Source of the DNA: the human T2T-CHM13v2.0 reference genome, Homo sapiens | Strand: one strand, 5' to 3' | DNA: 64,000 nt | Assembly (NCBI RefSeq): GCF_009914755.1 | Contig: NC_060937.1 | In this document: one piece after another, positions 1-13,738 of the stretch | Position numbering within the stretch: the first letter of the stretch is position 1 | How the letters are laid out: each line of letters begins with the position of its first letter | Made by a program: the position numbers and the translations under genes | The notes under the pieces: model-generated | Seen by the model: the letters and a program-made list of their open reading frames with translations, nothing else | What the model was told of the DNA's origin: nothing | Database searches by the model: none

Positions 1-57
1 GCATGATTGTGTTTTGAAATGTGAGGTCATGAGATTTGGGAGGGGCCAGGAGCAGAA
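1..57 (+). mobile_element. 3' end of THE1/MST internal region (ERVL-MaLR-int) with polypurine tract
   Basis: ...GAGATTTGGGAGGGGCCAGGAGCAGAA abuts the TGATATGG start of a THE1 LTR, the typical PPT-LTR junction. The element continues to the left of the window. Confidence 0.8.
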
Positions 58-434
58 TGATATGGTTTGCCTGTGTCCCCACCCAAATCTCATCTTGAAT
101 TGTAGTTCCCATAATCCCCATGTGTCATGAGAGGGACCCAGTGGGAGGTAATTGAATAATGGAGTTGGTTACATCCATGCTGTTCTTGTGATAGTGAGAT
201 CTCACAAGAAAACCATTTCTGATGGTTTTATACAGGGCTTTTCCCCTTTTGCTTGGCACTTTTCTTTCCTGCCATCATTGAAGAAAGATGTGTTTGCTTC
301 CCCTTCAGCCATAATTGTAAGTTTCCTGAGGCCTCCCCAACCATGCAGAACTTTGAGTCAATTAAACCTCTTTCCATTATAAATCACCCAGTCTTGGACA
401 ATTATTTATAACAGCATGAGAATGAACTAATACA
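58..434 (+). mobile_element. THE1D/MSTA-like MaLR LTR (3' LTR of a proviral copy)
   Basis: Starts TGATATGGTTTGCCTGTGTCCCCACCCAAATCTCATCTTGAATTG, contains AAGTTTCCTGAGGCCTCCCC and ends GAACTAATACA, matching THE1-family consensus termini. Confidence 0.9.
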
Positions 435-3400
435 TCATCTAACATAGTCAAACTGTAGCTTCAATACAATATTTGTAATTAAAATAAAGTAACACCAATT
501 TATCTATATGCTGCAATAATATTATAGAACAAATATTCTGCACTGTTCAGAATGTTTACATTGCTCTTATCTACTATGTCTGTGTGAATAAAAGTGTATA
601 ATATTAGTCTAACCATTTTTTACTTCCTACCACTTTACCACATTTGCTAATCAGTGTGTAGTTTGGTGAGTGAATAATTTTCTAATAAGCACTGGACCCA
701 GGATTTGAACAGAGGCCTCTTTTACTCTCAAACCACCATTCTTTCTTTCAAAGGCAACATTCTGGGCAGGGCACAGGACTAGAAAAATAAACATATACGG
801 CTTAGAAAAATTCTCAAAAATACATATTGTTAAAATTTAAATTATAACCTCCAAACTTTAATCAGAGAAGGAGACTGAATACAGAGAAATGGACCTTTTA
901 TCAAAGACTACTCAGAAGAAAAGCCCTGGCTTCTAATTGTGCCCCCCAAAAGACATTTCGATTTACCTTATAAAGTAGGATCAGATATAGTTTTGGGAAC
1001 TGCAAAGTAAACTACAAGTGACTCATAAAACAGGAGTATTATGAGATGAGGGTTATTAAGCATAAGTTATTCCTGTGTGATAATCACAAGCTCCAATAAG
1101 CCAAGTTTTGTTTGTATGTCCAAACTGAAGAATGTACTTGATTCAAGCTCAGAAATACTAGGAAAGGAATAGACAATAACATGCATGAATCATCTTCAGA
1201 GTTTTTGTGACAAGATTTTTTTCTCTTCTCCAACATTTGAAAAAGTTAGGCAGTCACTCTTTAAACTTCTGCTTCATCAATGTCTACTGGCTCATTACTT
1301 TTTCTATTTTATTTGCTTTCTCCTTTGTTTCAGTTTGTGTCACAGTATTTTTTTCTTGCGGATCCTGCCAAAATACATTTCATTTGACTTTCTTCATGAC
1401 TTTGTATGTTCTCAGAATTTGCATCTCCTCTAAGATCAGTCCTCACTCTATGTAGATCTCTTCCAGTTTTATACATCAAATTTTGACTTATTTTCCATGT
1501 TCTATAGTTAAATTTCCAATTACCTATTGGATAACCATAATTACATATTCTTTTGATTTCTAAAACTTTAGTGCCTGCTATTTGCAAGATAAATATGCTT
1601 TGGATGAATGAGTAGATATGCAAACCCAAGTAAAGTAAGACACATTTTTACCCCTTACTCCCTAATTTTGGCCACTTAATTCCCATCCATATCTACTGAC
1701 ACCACCATTTCCAAAAATAATCAGTAAATGAGGTTGCAAAGTGCCCTCAACTGCTCCCCTTTTGTACCTTTCATTTTGTACTGTAAGATTACCCTCTTCA
1801 AGAGATCTTGATGTTCCTGTTGCTCATTACTTCTATGATAGTTCTTAGAGGATGAAATTCAAAAGTTTTTCTTTTGACTTCAAAGTTTATGGTGTGAAAT
1901 TAAGTATTGTTCTTTTCTGCCTTGGAAACTTTCCCTATGCTTTCCTTTCTCCTTAATGGTTTTTTGTCTGTACTTTTCAATATTACCCAAATCCCAAGCC
2001 TCTTCCAAAGCCCATCTTGCTTATGCGGGCTTTTCTAACACTTCCTCTTCTATACACTATTTTCTTCATTTAATGTTTCTTTCATTTAAGACACTTTTAT
2101 TCTGTCTTCTTTTACAACTATTTGTGCACTCCCTTTATACTATTGACTCAATGGATTTCATCTAATCATCTTCTGTCACTAATGCCTTAAGCAACTGCCT
2201 TCATTCCTATACCTTTGATCCTCCTCATTGATGTATTCCTAGCTTTGTAATAATTAAACAAACTATTTAGAACATGTGTCCTATTTATTTTTTGTTTATG
2301 CAGACTGAGCTGTCTCAGTATTCTTCAGCTCTTCCTGATGAATAGAAACCACGGAAGGGATATGTGGTTAGGCATCTTACAGAAAAGTGTTTTTCTAATT
2401 TTTAAAGAAAACTTAATTAAGGAGAGATATGCACAAAGTGTTAATATATATTATGCCTGAAAGTAGAAGTGGAAAGCTCATGTTAGCTTATAACTAAAAG
2501 TTGATATTAATAGATGTAAGTATTGAAGCCAAAAAGAGTATGGGAGAGTTACCTTCCTTTGTGATGTGGTTTTGTATCAAATACTTCACCAATAGTGCAA
2601 CTTTATCTAATCTAATTCAGTTTGCTATTATTACAGAAACCACTGTCTGAAAGTCATCAAATTATAGAAACTTATTGATTAATAACAATAATTATAGCCA
2701 CCTTACATTTATATAGCACTTGCATATTTTCAAAGCATCTTTTTGAACTATTACCTCATTTCCCTTCCGAACACCCCTGTTGTTATATATATGGCATACA
2801 TAGCAAGACATTCATTGTAACCACATGCAAATTTTTTATATGAAATCATTAATGTGCTCTTAGAAACTTACTAATTATGTAGGAAAATATATTACCTATG
2901 GTAGCTGTGTAGGAAAAATCTATGGTCATTTTAAAAATAAGGTAATGTTGCATTGAAGACCAATAGATTCAATACACAGGTGTTATCAAGCACAGAAATT
3001 ATGCAGTAATATATGCCATATCAAGGAAACACAAATGTATGTATCTAGCCACTAATATATGCTATCCTTATAAATTCTGCTTTCATTTTCAAATATTGAG
3101 CCTTAATTTTAATTTATAAGATGAACCCCATTTCTCAGGGAATTTAGCACCATTACAGGCTATTTAAAAAAGACTTATACAGCCCTCTAGTGTTCCAAAA
3201 CTAGAGACCCCCAATACAGAATACATTCAGGCATGGCTAAAGTTGTCCCTCCATTCACCTCCTTTAATGTGGAATCACTGCTGACAATACTACTGCTAGC
3301 AGCCCATATTATTTAAACTACTAAAATTACAGCGTTGGCGGTGGAAACGGAACTGTTCTCACTCACATCACTAGGGAAAAAGCGTGGAGTACATGACAGC

Positions 3401-4967
3401 TTAGAAACTGCCTTCATGGGGGAAATGTTCAGATAAATCAATTTTTTTCAGGAAAAAAATTAATTTGCTGTGTACTTATTTAAATAGCTGACTGAAGAGT
3501 TTATTATGCTTGATTGCAGGCCTTCAGCAATAGTTATTGCCTTCTTTTCCTTTCCTCCCTCTCTCCCAATGAATTTCCATTGACAGAGCCTACAGCTATC
3601 CTCTCAGAAATCATATAAAACCTGACATTGCTAAAAAATTAACCTCAAAAAGGTATCTTCGGGTGTTGACTTTCAAATCAAATTTTAATAGACAACTGCA
3701 GGCTGAGGGCTCATTCTTTATAATCTGATCACTAAGCAAGATTCACGAGCTGTCCCTGGTCTGCAGATGGAGCTGTTGACAAAACAGTACTATCCACTTG
3801 AGAAAAAGCAGGGCACAGACTTGAGTTTTATTGAATGTTTCTTGTCTTCTTTTTTATTTTTTAAAGACTATGCCTCGAGATATATCCTAAGTATTATCTT
3901 TTCAATTAAAAGAAATCTATCCTTTGAAAATTAAATACAGCTACTAAATTTGATGAGCATTATCTTAGTTACAGAATTGGACCACATTAAACCTACATAA
4001 ATAAAAGCAAAGACATATGCCAGTAAAAGTGCACATAAATAAACCATGCAATAAGAAACAACTGCACAGAAATAAGCATTATGTATTATTCTCTTCTAAA
4101 TAAACACAGTGCACTAAGTTATTTAACTTCTAGTATTTAAACAATACTTTTTTGATGGAGTAATGCAGTTTTTTTTGCATTTAAATAGTTCATCATCACG
4201 ATATAGCAGGTAGGTGACATAAGTTCCTTAAGAAAATCTAAGTATGATATAGGCAAATATAGAATTGTCTAATTTTAAAGTTAGAAAAAAACTTCAAGGT
4301 AATCCTGACAAGGATTGATAGATTTTAAGTCTGAAGACTTCAGTGATGATTCAATTGTTCTTCAAACAAATACAAATGTAACCTATACAAAAGGTTACAT
4401 TTGCTTGATATTAGGGTTAAAGAATCATAAGCCATCTTCTGCTCTCAAGAAGCTTACAGTGAAGGTGTGTAACAGACACACTACAAGGTTTAGTACAGAA
4501 TAAAAAAAGGCTATGAAAACAGAGGGAAAGGCTCTAACCATAGCACACGTGGTATGTCAGAAAAGGCAATTTTAAAAGTCACTTAAACTGAAGTTTTAAG
4601 ATCACCAAAGGAAATCATCATTTTACAGAAGTGGAACCTGAGTTGGCAAAGTAGTCCAGAGGATAGATGTCAAAATCAGGGTCAGAAATAAGTTTCCTGG
4701 TTTTATTCCCTGAATTCTTTCCACAGGAAAACATATTTCTAGGTGAAATATATATTAGTCTCTACTGAGAATGGAATTAAAGAGTCCCTGTGAATAATCT
4801 AACTACATGCTAGAATGCAAGCAAGACCTCTGTCCTCAACCACATCTCATGAACTGCCAGCAGTGTCACCAGCGTAAGCCTGAGACATATTGCACTAAGG
4901 TTTTAAATTATGTTAATATTCCCTTAAGTTTTAAATAATGTATTTTACCTAAACGTAAATCATTTTA

Positions 4968-5288
4968 TTTTGTAAATTTTATTTATTTATTTATTTTATT
5001 TATTTTGAGATGGAGTCTCACCCTGTAGCACTGGCCAGAGTGCAGTGGCACCATCTTGACTCACTGAAACCTCTGCCACCCAGGTTCAAGCGATCCTCCC
5101 ACTCAGCCTCCCAAGCAGCTGGAATTACAGGCTCCTGCCACCATGCCTAGCTAATTTTTGTATTTTTTAGTAGAAATGGTGTTTCACCATGTTGGTCAGG
5201 CTGGTCTCGAATTCCTGACCTCAAGTGATCCTCCTGCCTTGAACTCCCAAAGTGCTGAAATTACAGTCATGAGCCACCGCACCTGGCC
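4968..5288 (-). mobile_element. AluS (Sx/Sz-like), full length
   Basis: T-rich tail followed by GAGATGGAGTCTC...GAGCCACCGCACCTGGCC. Approximate TSD AAAC(G/A)TAAATCATTTTA at 4951-4967 and 5294-5310. Confidence 0.92.
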
Positions 5289-8200
5289 AACATAAACATA
5301 AATCATTTTAAAGTGCTATGTACTTCCATTGACATAGTTAGAATAGCAGAATACTGAATTTCTTTTGTTATGGAGTACTTAAAGTATGCTAATAAATAAC
5401 ATCTAGTCCAATGTATTGTCAAAATATCTACTGTCTTTTGTTTCAATGATGTAAGATTGGACACAGTTAAATTTAAAAATACTTGATTTTTTTACTATTA
5501 TTTTAACTTTTAATGTGATAAGCAATAGAAAAAAAATAAACATAGATGCCTTTGCCTCTGAAAATTATTATAATACCTGTCCTGATATCTCAGAAGAAAA
5601 ATAAACTTCATCATTATAATCACCATTGAGAAAATGAACCCACGTATTTTTTACCTATTGAAATTGAGCTCTTTAGAAGAAAACAAGAACAAGATAAAGA
5701 ATACATGCCTTATATTTGTAAAACTGTATTGAATACCAAAAATATTACATTGTGTTTACAAATTTCATATTATAGTCGTAATATTTGAAATCATGGTCAG
5801 TGCCTTTATTTCTTATCTCCAAAGACATGCTTATTATATATTGGAGTCCTTTGAAAATACTACTACCTACTTAAGCCTGGGCAATATCTGTTACACATGG
5901 AAAATAAATTTTTAGAAATCCACCATTATTCATCCAAATCTCTGGCTAGGTCATTTTGAGCTATGAGGCATTGTGCTTCTGTATCCTATTTACAACTTTA
6001 CACATGGTGTATAAATCAGTTGCAAGTAGACTAGATGAGGAACATGCTATAACAAAGCTTCTTTGATATTAGCCTCTACATGGCATGAAGCAATTTTGTC
6101 AGTCTTCAATTTACCTTCATGTTATGAATTTGAAAGAGACATCCATTAACCTGGAAGAAAATTAAAATCTATAGCTTTATCATCAATGTAAGTCATGTTG
6201 AAATATTAGAGGGCAAATATTTCCATGATCACAATATATACATTATTGAAAAATAAAAAAAGCATTCCTTTACCCTGTTGGACTGAAGCATCATATTTGG
6301 TTTTGAAGACCTTTGCATAATTTAGTGTTCTTCATCTACAATAAGACACTCGAAAGGAAGTCTTGAGATGAAATAATATAATTATGTTCACTCTACAGCT
6401 ATCGATTAAAGTTCACATGGTAGGAATGAATAAAAGAAAATAATGTTCTGAAATATTATTTTTGTTCTTAAGATATTTAATTACAATTCCAATGGAGCCA
6501 ATGGATTTGAGAAGATAAGTACAAACCCATATTAAGCCATAGCCATCCACTTAATTGAATTCACTTAAGCTGCTTCTAGTTAAGATACTATATAATATTT
6601 TACTCAAATACTCTTAATTATGGTATAACAACATAACTTAAATATTGTAGGTATTACAATTATATTTAGATTACTTTTAATTTTGTTGTAAAGTATTCCA
6701 ATCATGGTACTATTATTTAGAGACGAACTAGAAAAACAACTATATACAATCTCTAATCAAGAAGAATGGAATTATATACGAATCTATCACCAGACAGTTA
6801 ATAACATGACACTGTACACTCCTGGGCACATTTAATGATATAAACAAGGAATGGACTATTTGAGGAAAAATGTACAAGCAAGCCTATGATACAAGGAACA
6901 AAATAGGAAACAATGGGTACGATATATGTGGTAACAACAATATCTATTATCAAAACTCAAAAGAAATCAAACTCTTTTTGGTGGACCCATTTAAAGTTTG
7001 GAGAAGATTCATGGTAGTATATGATAAGGTGCATTTATCAAGATAGCAAGAGGCAAATATTTTATTCCACGTTCTATCCTAACCTTGTCATCTTGTCAAA
7101 ATGCATTACTCTTTATGAATATTAGTTCTTCATCTACAATTGGAATGGCAACATTTTTCTGCTTATGCCACAGAACTGTGGTATTACAGTTCTTTTCATA
7201 AACTTTGACTAGTTTTCAAATTGTCAAGTCTCATTCAAATATATATTGATTATAAATCATTTTTCAGATTTTATGATCTGTTCCAGTAAGCATTTTATAT
7301 TATACTAAGAAAAAACACTTTGATCTAAGATATTTACAGAACCCACAGACAAAAATAGAAAATAAAAGTGTATATAAGAAGCTATACATCATTGTGACTT
7401 GAATATGATAATTACCAATAAAAACTTGGTGATAAAATTAGTAAATGATCATAATTCATGATTTTATGAAATACATTATTTTTAAAAATTAAAATGCCAG
7501 GATGTTTGCTGAGAGTGCTCTCTATGGACAATTTGTCAATTGTTTACATGTCCAGGTTCCCTAGAATTTTGTCAGCTGTTTTCCCAATAGCAAATAAAAA
7601 TTGTTTTAGCAGACTTTATATTTTCCCAATTGTATACAGAATGGGCCAAATTATATCTTCCTTAATAGAAGCATGCAATGATACACATGGTAAAGACAAA
7701 TATATTATTAGGTGGGTCCAGTTAATTAGTCTTAATATCAGTAACACAAAGTGGAAGTGGTGGTTAGGAAATTGAGCTTCCATCTGTAAGACACTTTTGC
7801 ATGCCAAATGGCAGTGTTCCAGTTAACAGTTTTAGAAGAGAGAGTAGAATATATTACAAGTCTTCAGCTACACATTATCTCACAACTATAAGGTTGAAAT
7901 ACACAAAAATTTAAAAAAGGAATGAAGGTGAAATGTGCAGGGCATTTAGCAGTCCTGCTGGTTAGCATATAGGATACTCCCATAGGGATATCCCAGCTGA
8001 GAAAGCTAGTTAAATGCCCTGCTGTTTTCAAAATGCTTTCATACCATCAGTTGAAAATATTCTATAAATGTGAAAAGTCATCTATGGGTGACATTGCAAC
8101 TCAAAGCTGAAAGGATTTCATCTGAATTCATATAATGGGTGTCTGTAATAAAATCTTGTATGTAATGTGATTTGAAGAAATGCATTAACAAAAGTATAAA

Positions 8201-8856
8201 CACCTTGTTAATAGTGGCTGTGCACAGCATTGGCCTAAGGGGCTGTCAGATGATCAACATAGACTAAAATATCAGAACACAACTATGTGGGCTGCAGGCA
8301 AGTTAATTTATAAGGTCAGTTAAGGGAAAAACATTATCACACAACTAAAGTTGCATTTACTCCTCAAGAGAGTATTTTGGCTTATACTGATTGCATCAGG
8401 GACACCCTCAGGTGATGTCAGGCATTAATTTGTGGCTACTCTCACACAAACGTACTAGTAGGTTAAAAAATATGACCCATATAGGAAATAGCATCATTAT
8501 AAAAATTTATGACTGCTACATGTTAATCTCTGATTTTAAACAAGATTTTAGCAGATATTTGAGTGAAAGTTAAATAGTCAAAAGGAATATGTATATAATA
8601 AAAAAGATATGAAAACATTTTTATAAAATATAAAAATAACTCTAAATACTGTGATATCATATATATTGTATATATACATATGTGTATGTGACTATACACA
8701 TTATATATATTTATATTTAAAAGTTGTTTCTCATTCGTGTTTGCATATTCAGAAACTTTATGTGCATATCCAAGCACATTTCAGGTCCTCAACAAGTATT
8801 TGCTGAATTAAATAAATGAGCATTACTTTAAAAATGCATAGTCATCATTTACATAC

Positions 8857-9151
<295 letters not shown>

Positions 9152-10767
9152 TATATACATGTTTTAAATAACGAATGTATAAACTGAAACCAGTTTAAAT
9201 ATGGGAGTCAAAATATGTTGGCTGTAGTTTACTAAATCTGAGAATTAAGGCCTGTGACACTGTCTATTTTCAATCCAGTTTCTTTCAGTAACAGCTTTAA
9301 TGAAAACTGGGTCTATTGTCTAGCTACTATATCCCCAAGACTGGGATATTTAAAATAAGTCTCAATAATTATGACCTACATGATGTGACTGCATCTTGAG
9401 CACACATAATATAATCATGCTTTTTTCTTCACTAATTTACTTTATGTACACTAGTTAGTAAGTTGATAGAAATTTTCTATGCTAGAAGTAAATGTCACAT
9501 ATATTATACCATAATTACATAGCAAGAGAGGTTTTGAAATCAGTTTAGATACTGTGCTATCCCTATCTTAAAAACTGTCTGTTTAAATAACCAATATAGC
9601 TTCTCTTTTCCTAACTGGATCCTGAAAAACTCAGGTCCTTATTTTATTTTAACATTTTAGCTCTACAAAAATATTTTTAATTGACTGATTGCACTGTAAG
9701 TACAAAAATACACGTCAGTTTTAATGCCCTGAACTTGAATGTGAGATTAAATGTAGTTCACATAATATTAGTTTAATTATAAGGGGATTAGGTTTTGTCC
9801 TATATTAGCATGGCTATTTTAATATTTTTTAAGTGGTTAAAAATCAATGTTATGGTTTATATTCTGAGAATAAACATTAAAAGCAATTAGAAAATAATTT
9901 ATTTTGTATTATCATGCAATCATTTCATTTACCATGACTCAGAAAATATGAATATGGTGAAGAATCACAAAAATTTAGTTAGTTATGTATTTTGGATTTT
10001 AAAACATCTTTATTACATTGAAAATTATTTAATGCATGAATTACATGAATTATGTTTGGCTACTTAAAAGCAGAATATTATTCACTGATTAAAATTCATG
10101 GTAATTAGAATTATACTGTAAGTGATGAGTGAATATGATGAATTTTTTAAAAAATCACTTTCTTAGGCTGTATCACACTAAAAAAAGGAGAAATAATTTT
10201 CAGTTTCACTAAATTGAAGATCACTGAAACTTCATTTATGTTACACCAACTCAATATTCAGTTATCATTGATGTACTTTTCTAATAATTATTCAATCTTT
10301 GTTATAAGAAGGATAACTGAAATATTAATCTGTGTTTTTTTATTTCTGCATCTATTTTAGAAAGAACATAAGGTAAACGTCTTAAAATAATTTCCATATT
10401 TATAACAATGTCAGGCAAAAGAAATCTTCTCTAACCTTTCCATAAAGAAGCAGCAGTATGCCTTGTTCATTTCACTGGGTCCTCTACATGATATATCTCA
10501 GTTTATGTCCACACAAACCATCACTCTTGCTGGGTAACATAATTGACTTTCTAACAGCAAAACTGGATTCCTCTGAGAAGATGTTTTCATTAACAATACA
10601 CTATGCAACACTACTTTGTGCACTCAAATGTTTGTAGTCACAACATTTTACCACTAATTTGTACACCAGATGATCCAATGGGAGCTGGCATTTCCAACAC
10701 TGAAAGAGAAACCTTGCTGGTTGTTCAGGCAAACTTTTTTTTTTTTTTTTTTTGAGATTTTAAAGGT

Positions 10768-11050
10768 GACCAGGTGTAGTGGCTCGTACGTGTAATCCCA
10801 GCACTTTGAGAGGCCAAGATGGGAGATTGCTTGAGTCCAGGAGTTCAAGACCAGCCTGGGCAACATAGTGAGACCTCCATCTCTACTGTATATATATAAT
10901 CCAGGCATGGTGGTATGTACCTGCAGTCTCGGCTACTCAGGAGGCTGAGGAGGGAGGATTGCTTGAGCTCAGGAGTTTGTGGCTGCAGTGAGCCATGATC
11001 ACACCACTGCACTCTAGCCTAGGCAACTGAGCAAAACCCTACCTCAAAAA
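10768..11050 (+). mobile_element. AluJ (Jo-like)
   Basis: GGGAGATTGCTTGAGTCCAGGAGTTCAAGACCAGCCTGGGCAACATAGTGAGACC and GGCTGCAGTGAGCCATGATC are AluJ features; the copy is diverged. Confidence 0.9.
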
Positions 11051-11486
11051 TATTTTTAATACAAATTAACAATAATAACAAAAATATTTTAAAAGGCCCC
11101 AATGTGCTTATCTTTTAAGAATGTTTTTAAGCTATGTGCTTGGAAATCACAACTTAATAATATTAGGACATTAATATTATCAGTCCCCATGCATGATATC
11201 ATAAATCATTTTTTAAAATTTATTTCTCCCCCCCCAAAAAATATTGCAGTTGAGAAGCAATTTTCTTCATTGTCCACCTCTCATATCAAAATTGTAGAGT
11301 AGAACAACAGAAGAGAAAGATTACAGGCTCTCACATACGTAAAGATAAATTGTACCATACAATGTCTAATGGCTGGGGCATTATTTATAAAACTTTATAA
11401 CGCCATATTCTATATTTCCCTGGGAATATTTGAAAGAATTAAAGTAATTGCACCAAGACCATTTTTAATTTAAGACTTATTTAAAA

Positions 11487-11646
11487 CAAGATTTTTCAAT
11501 AGGAGCATTATTGACATTTTGGACCAGAAAATATTTTGCTTATGGGGGACAGTGCTGTACTATATTATGTAAGATGTTTAACAGCATCCCTGGCTTCTAC
11601 CCACTAGATGCCAATAGCACTATCACTCCCAGTCACAGCAATGAAA
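11487..11646 (-). mobile_element. MER20 (hAT-Charlie DNA transposon), left part
   Basis: ATTGACATTTTGGACCAG...ACAGCATCCCTGGCTTCTACCCACTAGATGCCAATAGCAC matches reverse-complement MER20. Confidence 0.85.
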
Positions 11647-11654
11647 TTGCCTCT

Positions 11655-12256
11655 ATAGTAAGATGGTTCTTCAAAAGACTAAACATGGAATGATCATATG
11701 ATCCAGCAATTCCACCTCTGGGTATTTACCCAAAAGAAGTGAAAGCTAGAATTTGAATAGCTATTTGTATACTACTGTTCATAGCAGCATTATTTACAAT
11801 AGCCAAAAGCTACAAACAACCTAAATTTCTATCTATGGATGAATGGTAAACAAAATGTTATATATACATAAAATGTAACATAATTCAGTCTTAAAAAAGA
11901 CTGAAATTCTGATGCATGCTGTTATATGGATGAACATAAAAATTATTATGCTAAGTGAAAAAAGCTAGACATGAAAGGATAAATGCTGTGTAATTCCACT
12001 AATATCAGTACCTAGGGTTGTCAAATTCATAGAGATAGAAAATAGAATGGCGGTTGACAGGGTCTGTGGGGCAGTAGAAATGGGAAGTTATTGTTTAATG
12101 GGTAGAGAGTTCCAGTTTGGGTAATGGAAAAGTTCCAGAGATGGATGGTAGTGATGGTTGTAAAACAATGTGAATCTACTTAATGCCACCAAACTGTATT
12201 GAAAATGGCTAAAATAGTAAATTCATGTTATCTATATTGTACCACAACAAAAAAAT
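11655..12256 (+). mobile_element. L1MB-type LINE-1 3' fragment inserted in MER20
   Basis: CATATGATCCAGCAATTCCACCTCTGGGTATTTACCCAAAAGAA (ORF2 3' end) and GATGGATGGTAGTGATGGTTGTAAAACAATGTGAAT...ACCACAACAAAAAAA (L1MB 3' UTR and A tail). Confidence 0.85.
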
Positions 12257-12327
12257 ACCTCTGAATATTGCTAAATGTCCCCTGTGGTGGGTGGAAGGGC
12301 AAAATCACACATAATTGAGAGCCACTG
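12257..12327 (-). mobile_element. MER20, right part
   Basis: ATATTGCTAAATGTCCCCTG...GGGCAAAATCAC...TTGAGAGCCACTG completes the MER20 terminal sequence. Degenerate 8-bp TSD ATTTAAAA / CTCTAAAA. Confidence 0.8.
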
Positions 12328-12517
12328 CTCTAAAATATGGTTTGAATTTGAATTCTCTTTAATTTTTAAGCAGTTCATCCCTTTTATTTTACATAGTGCT
12401 ACTACTATTTGTTTCATATTTGAAAATTTTCCCTCATAAAGGAAAACATTGTCTCCTATTTTAACTAATTAGTGCTACCTTTCTCACAAGTCCCTTTTAG
12501 ATGGGAAAGAATTCCTA

Positions 12518-13159
<642 letters not shown>

Positions 13160-13270
13160 CCAATTCCCATTTTAAAATGAGTTTTTAATTAGCACAACAG
13201 GAAATAATTGTTTGAGACTAGAAATCATGTGACAAATCACTAAACACACTAACACCTGGCATGTCTGGGA

Positions 13271-13738
13271 TCTAGCAGATAAAATGGCGGTTCCCCAAAA
13301 CAAATGTCTGTGTCCTAATCCCCAGAACCTGTGAATGCAATCTTATGTAGAAAAAAGCATCCTTGCATATGTAACTGAGAAAATATCTTCAGATAAAATC
13401 ACCCAGGATTATCCAGGTGGACCCTCAATTCAATGACAAGTGTCCGTATAAGACACACATAGAGGAGACACAGAGAGAAAAGGGAAGTGTGCAGATGGAG
13501 GCAGAGATTAGAGTGATGCCACCACAATCCAAGAAACGCCATGGTTGGCCACAGCCACCAGAAGCTGGGAGAGAGACATGAAAGGGATTCTTTGCCTAGA
13601 GCCTCCTGAGGAAGTAAAATCTTGCAGACACCTTGATTTTTGGACTTTCAGCCTAGAATTGCGAGATAATAAATTTCTCGCAATAAATTATGTAAGATAC
13701 TCAGTTGGTGGTCATTTGCTATGGCCACCCCACAACAT
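13271..13738 (+). mobile_element. MLT1C-like MaLR solo LTR
   Basis: GTCCTAATCCCCAGAACCTGTGAATG, GGATTATCCAGGTGGACCC, GATGGAGGCAGAGATTAGAGTGATG and GCCACCAGAAGCTGG are MLT1C/D motifs. Confidence 0.8.
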
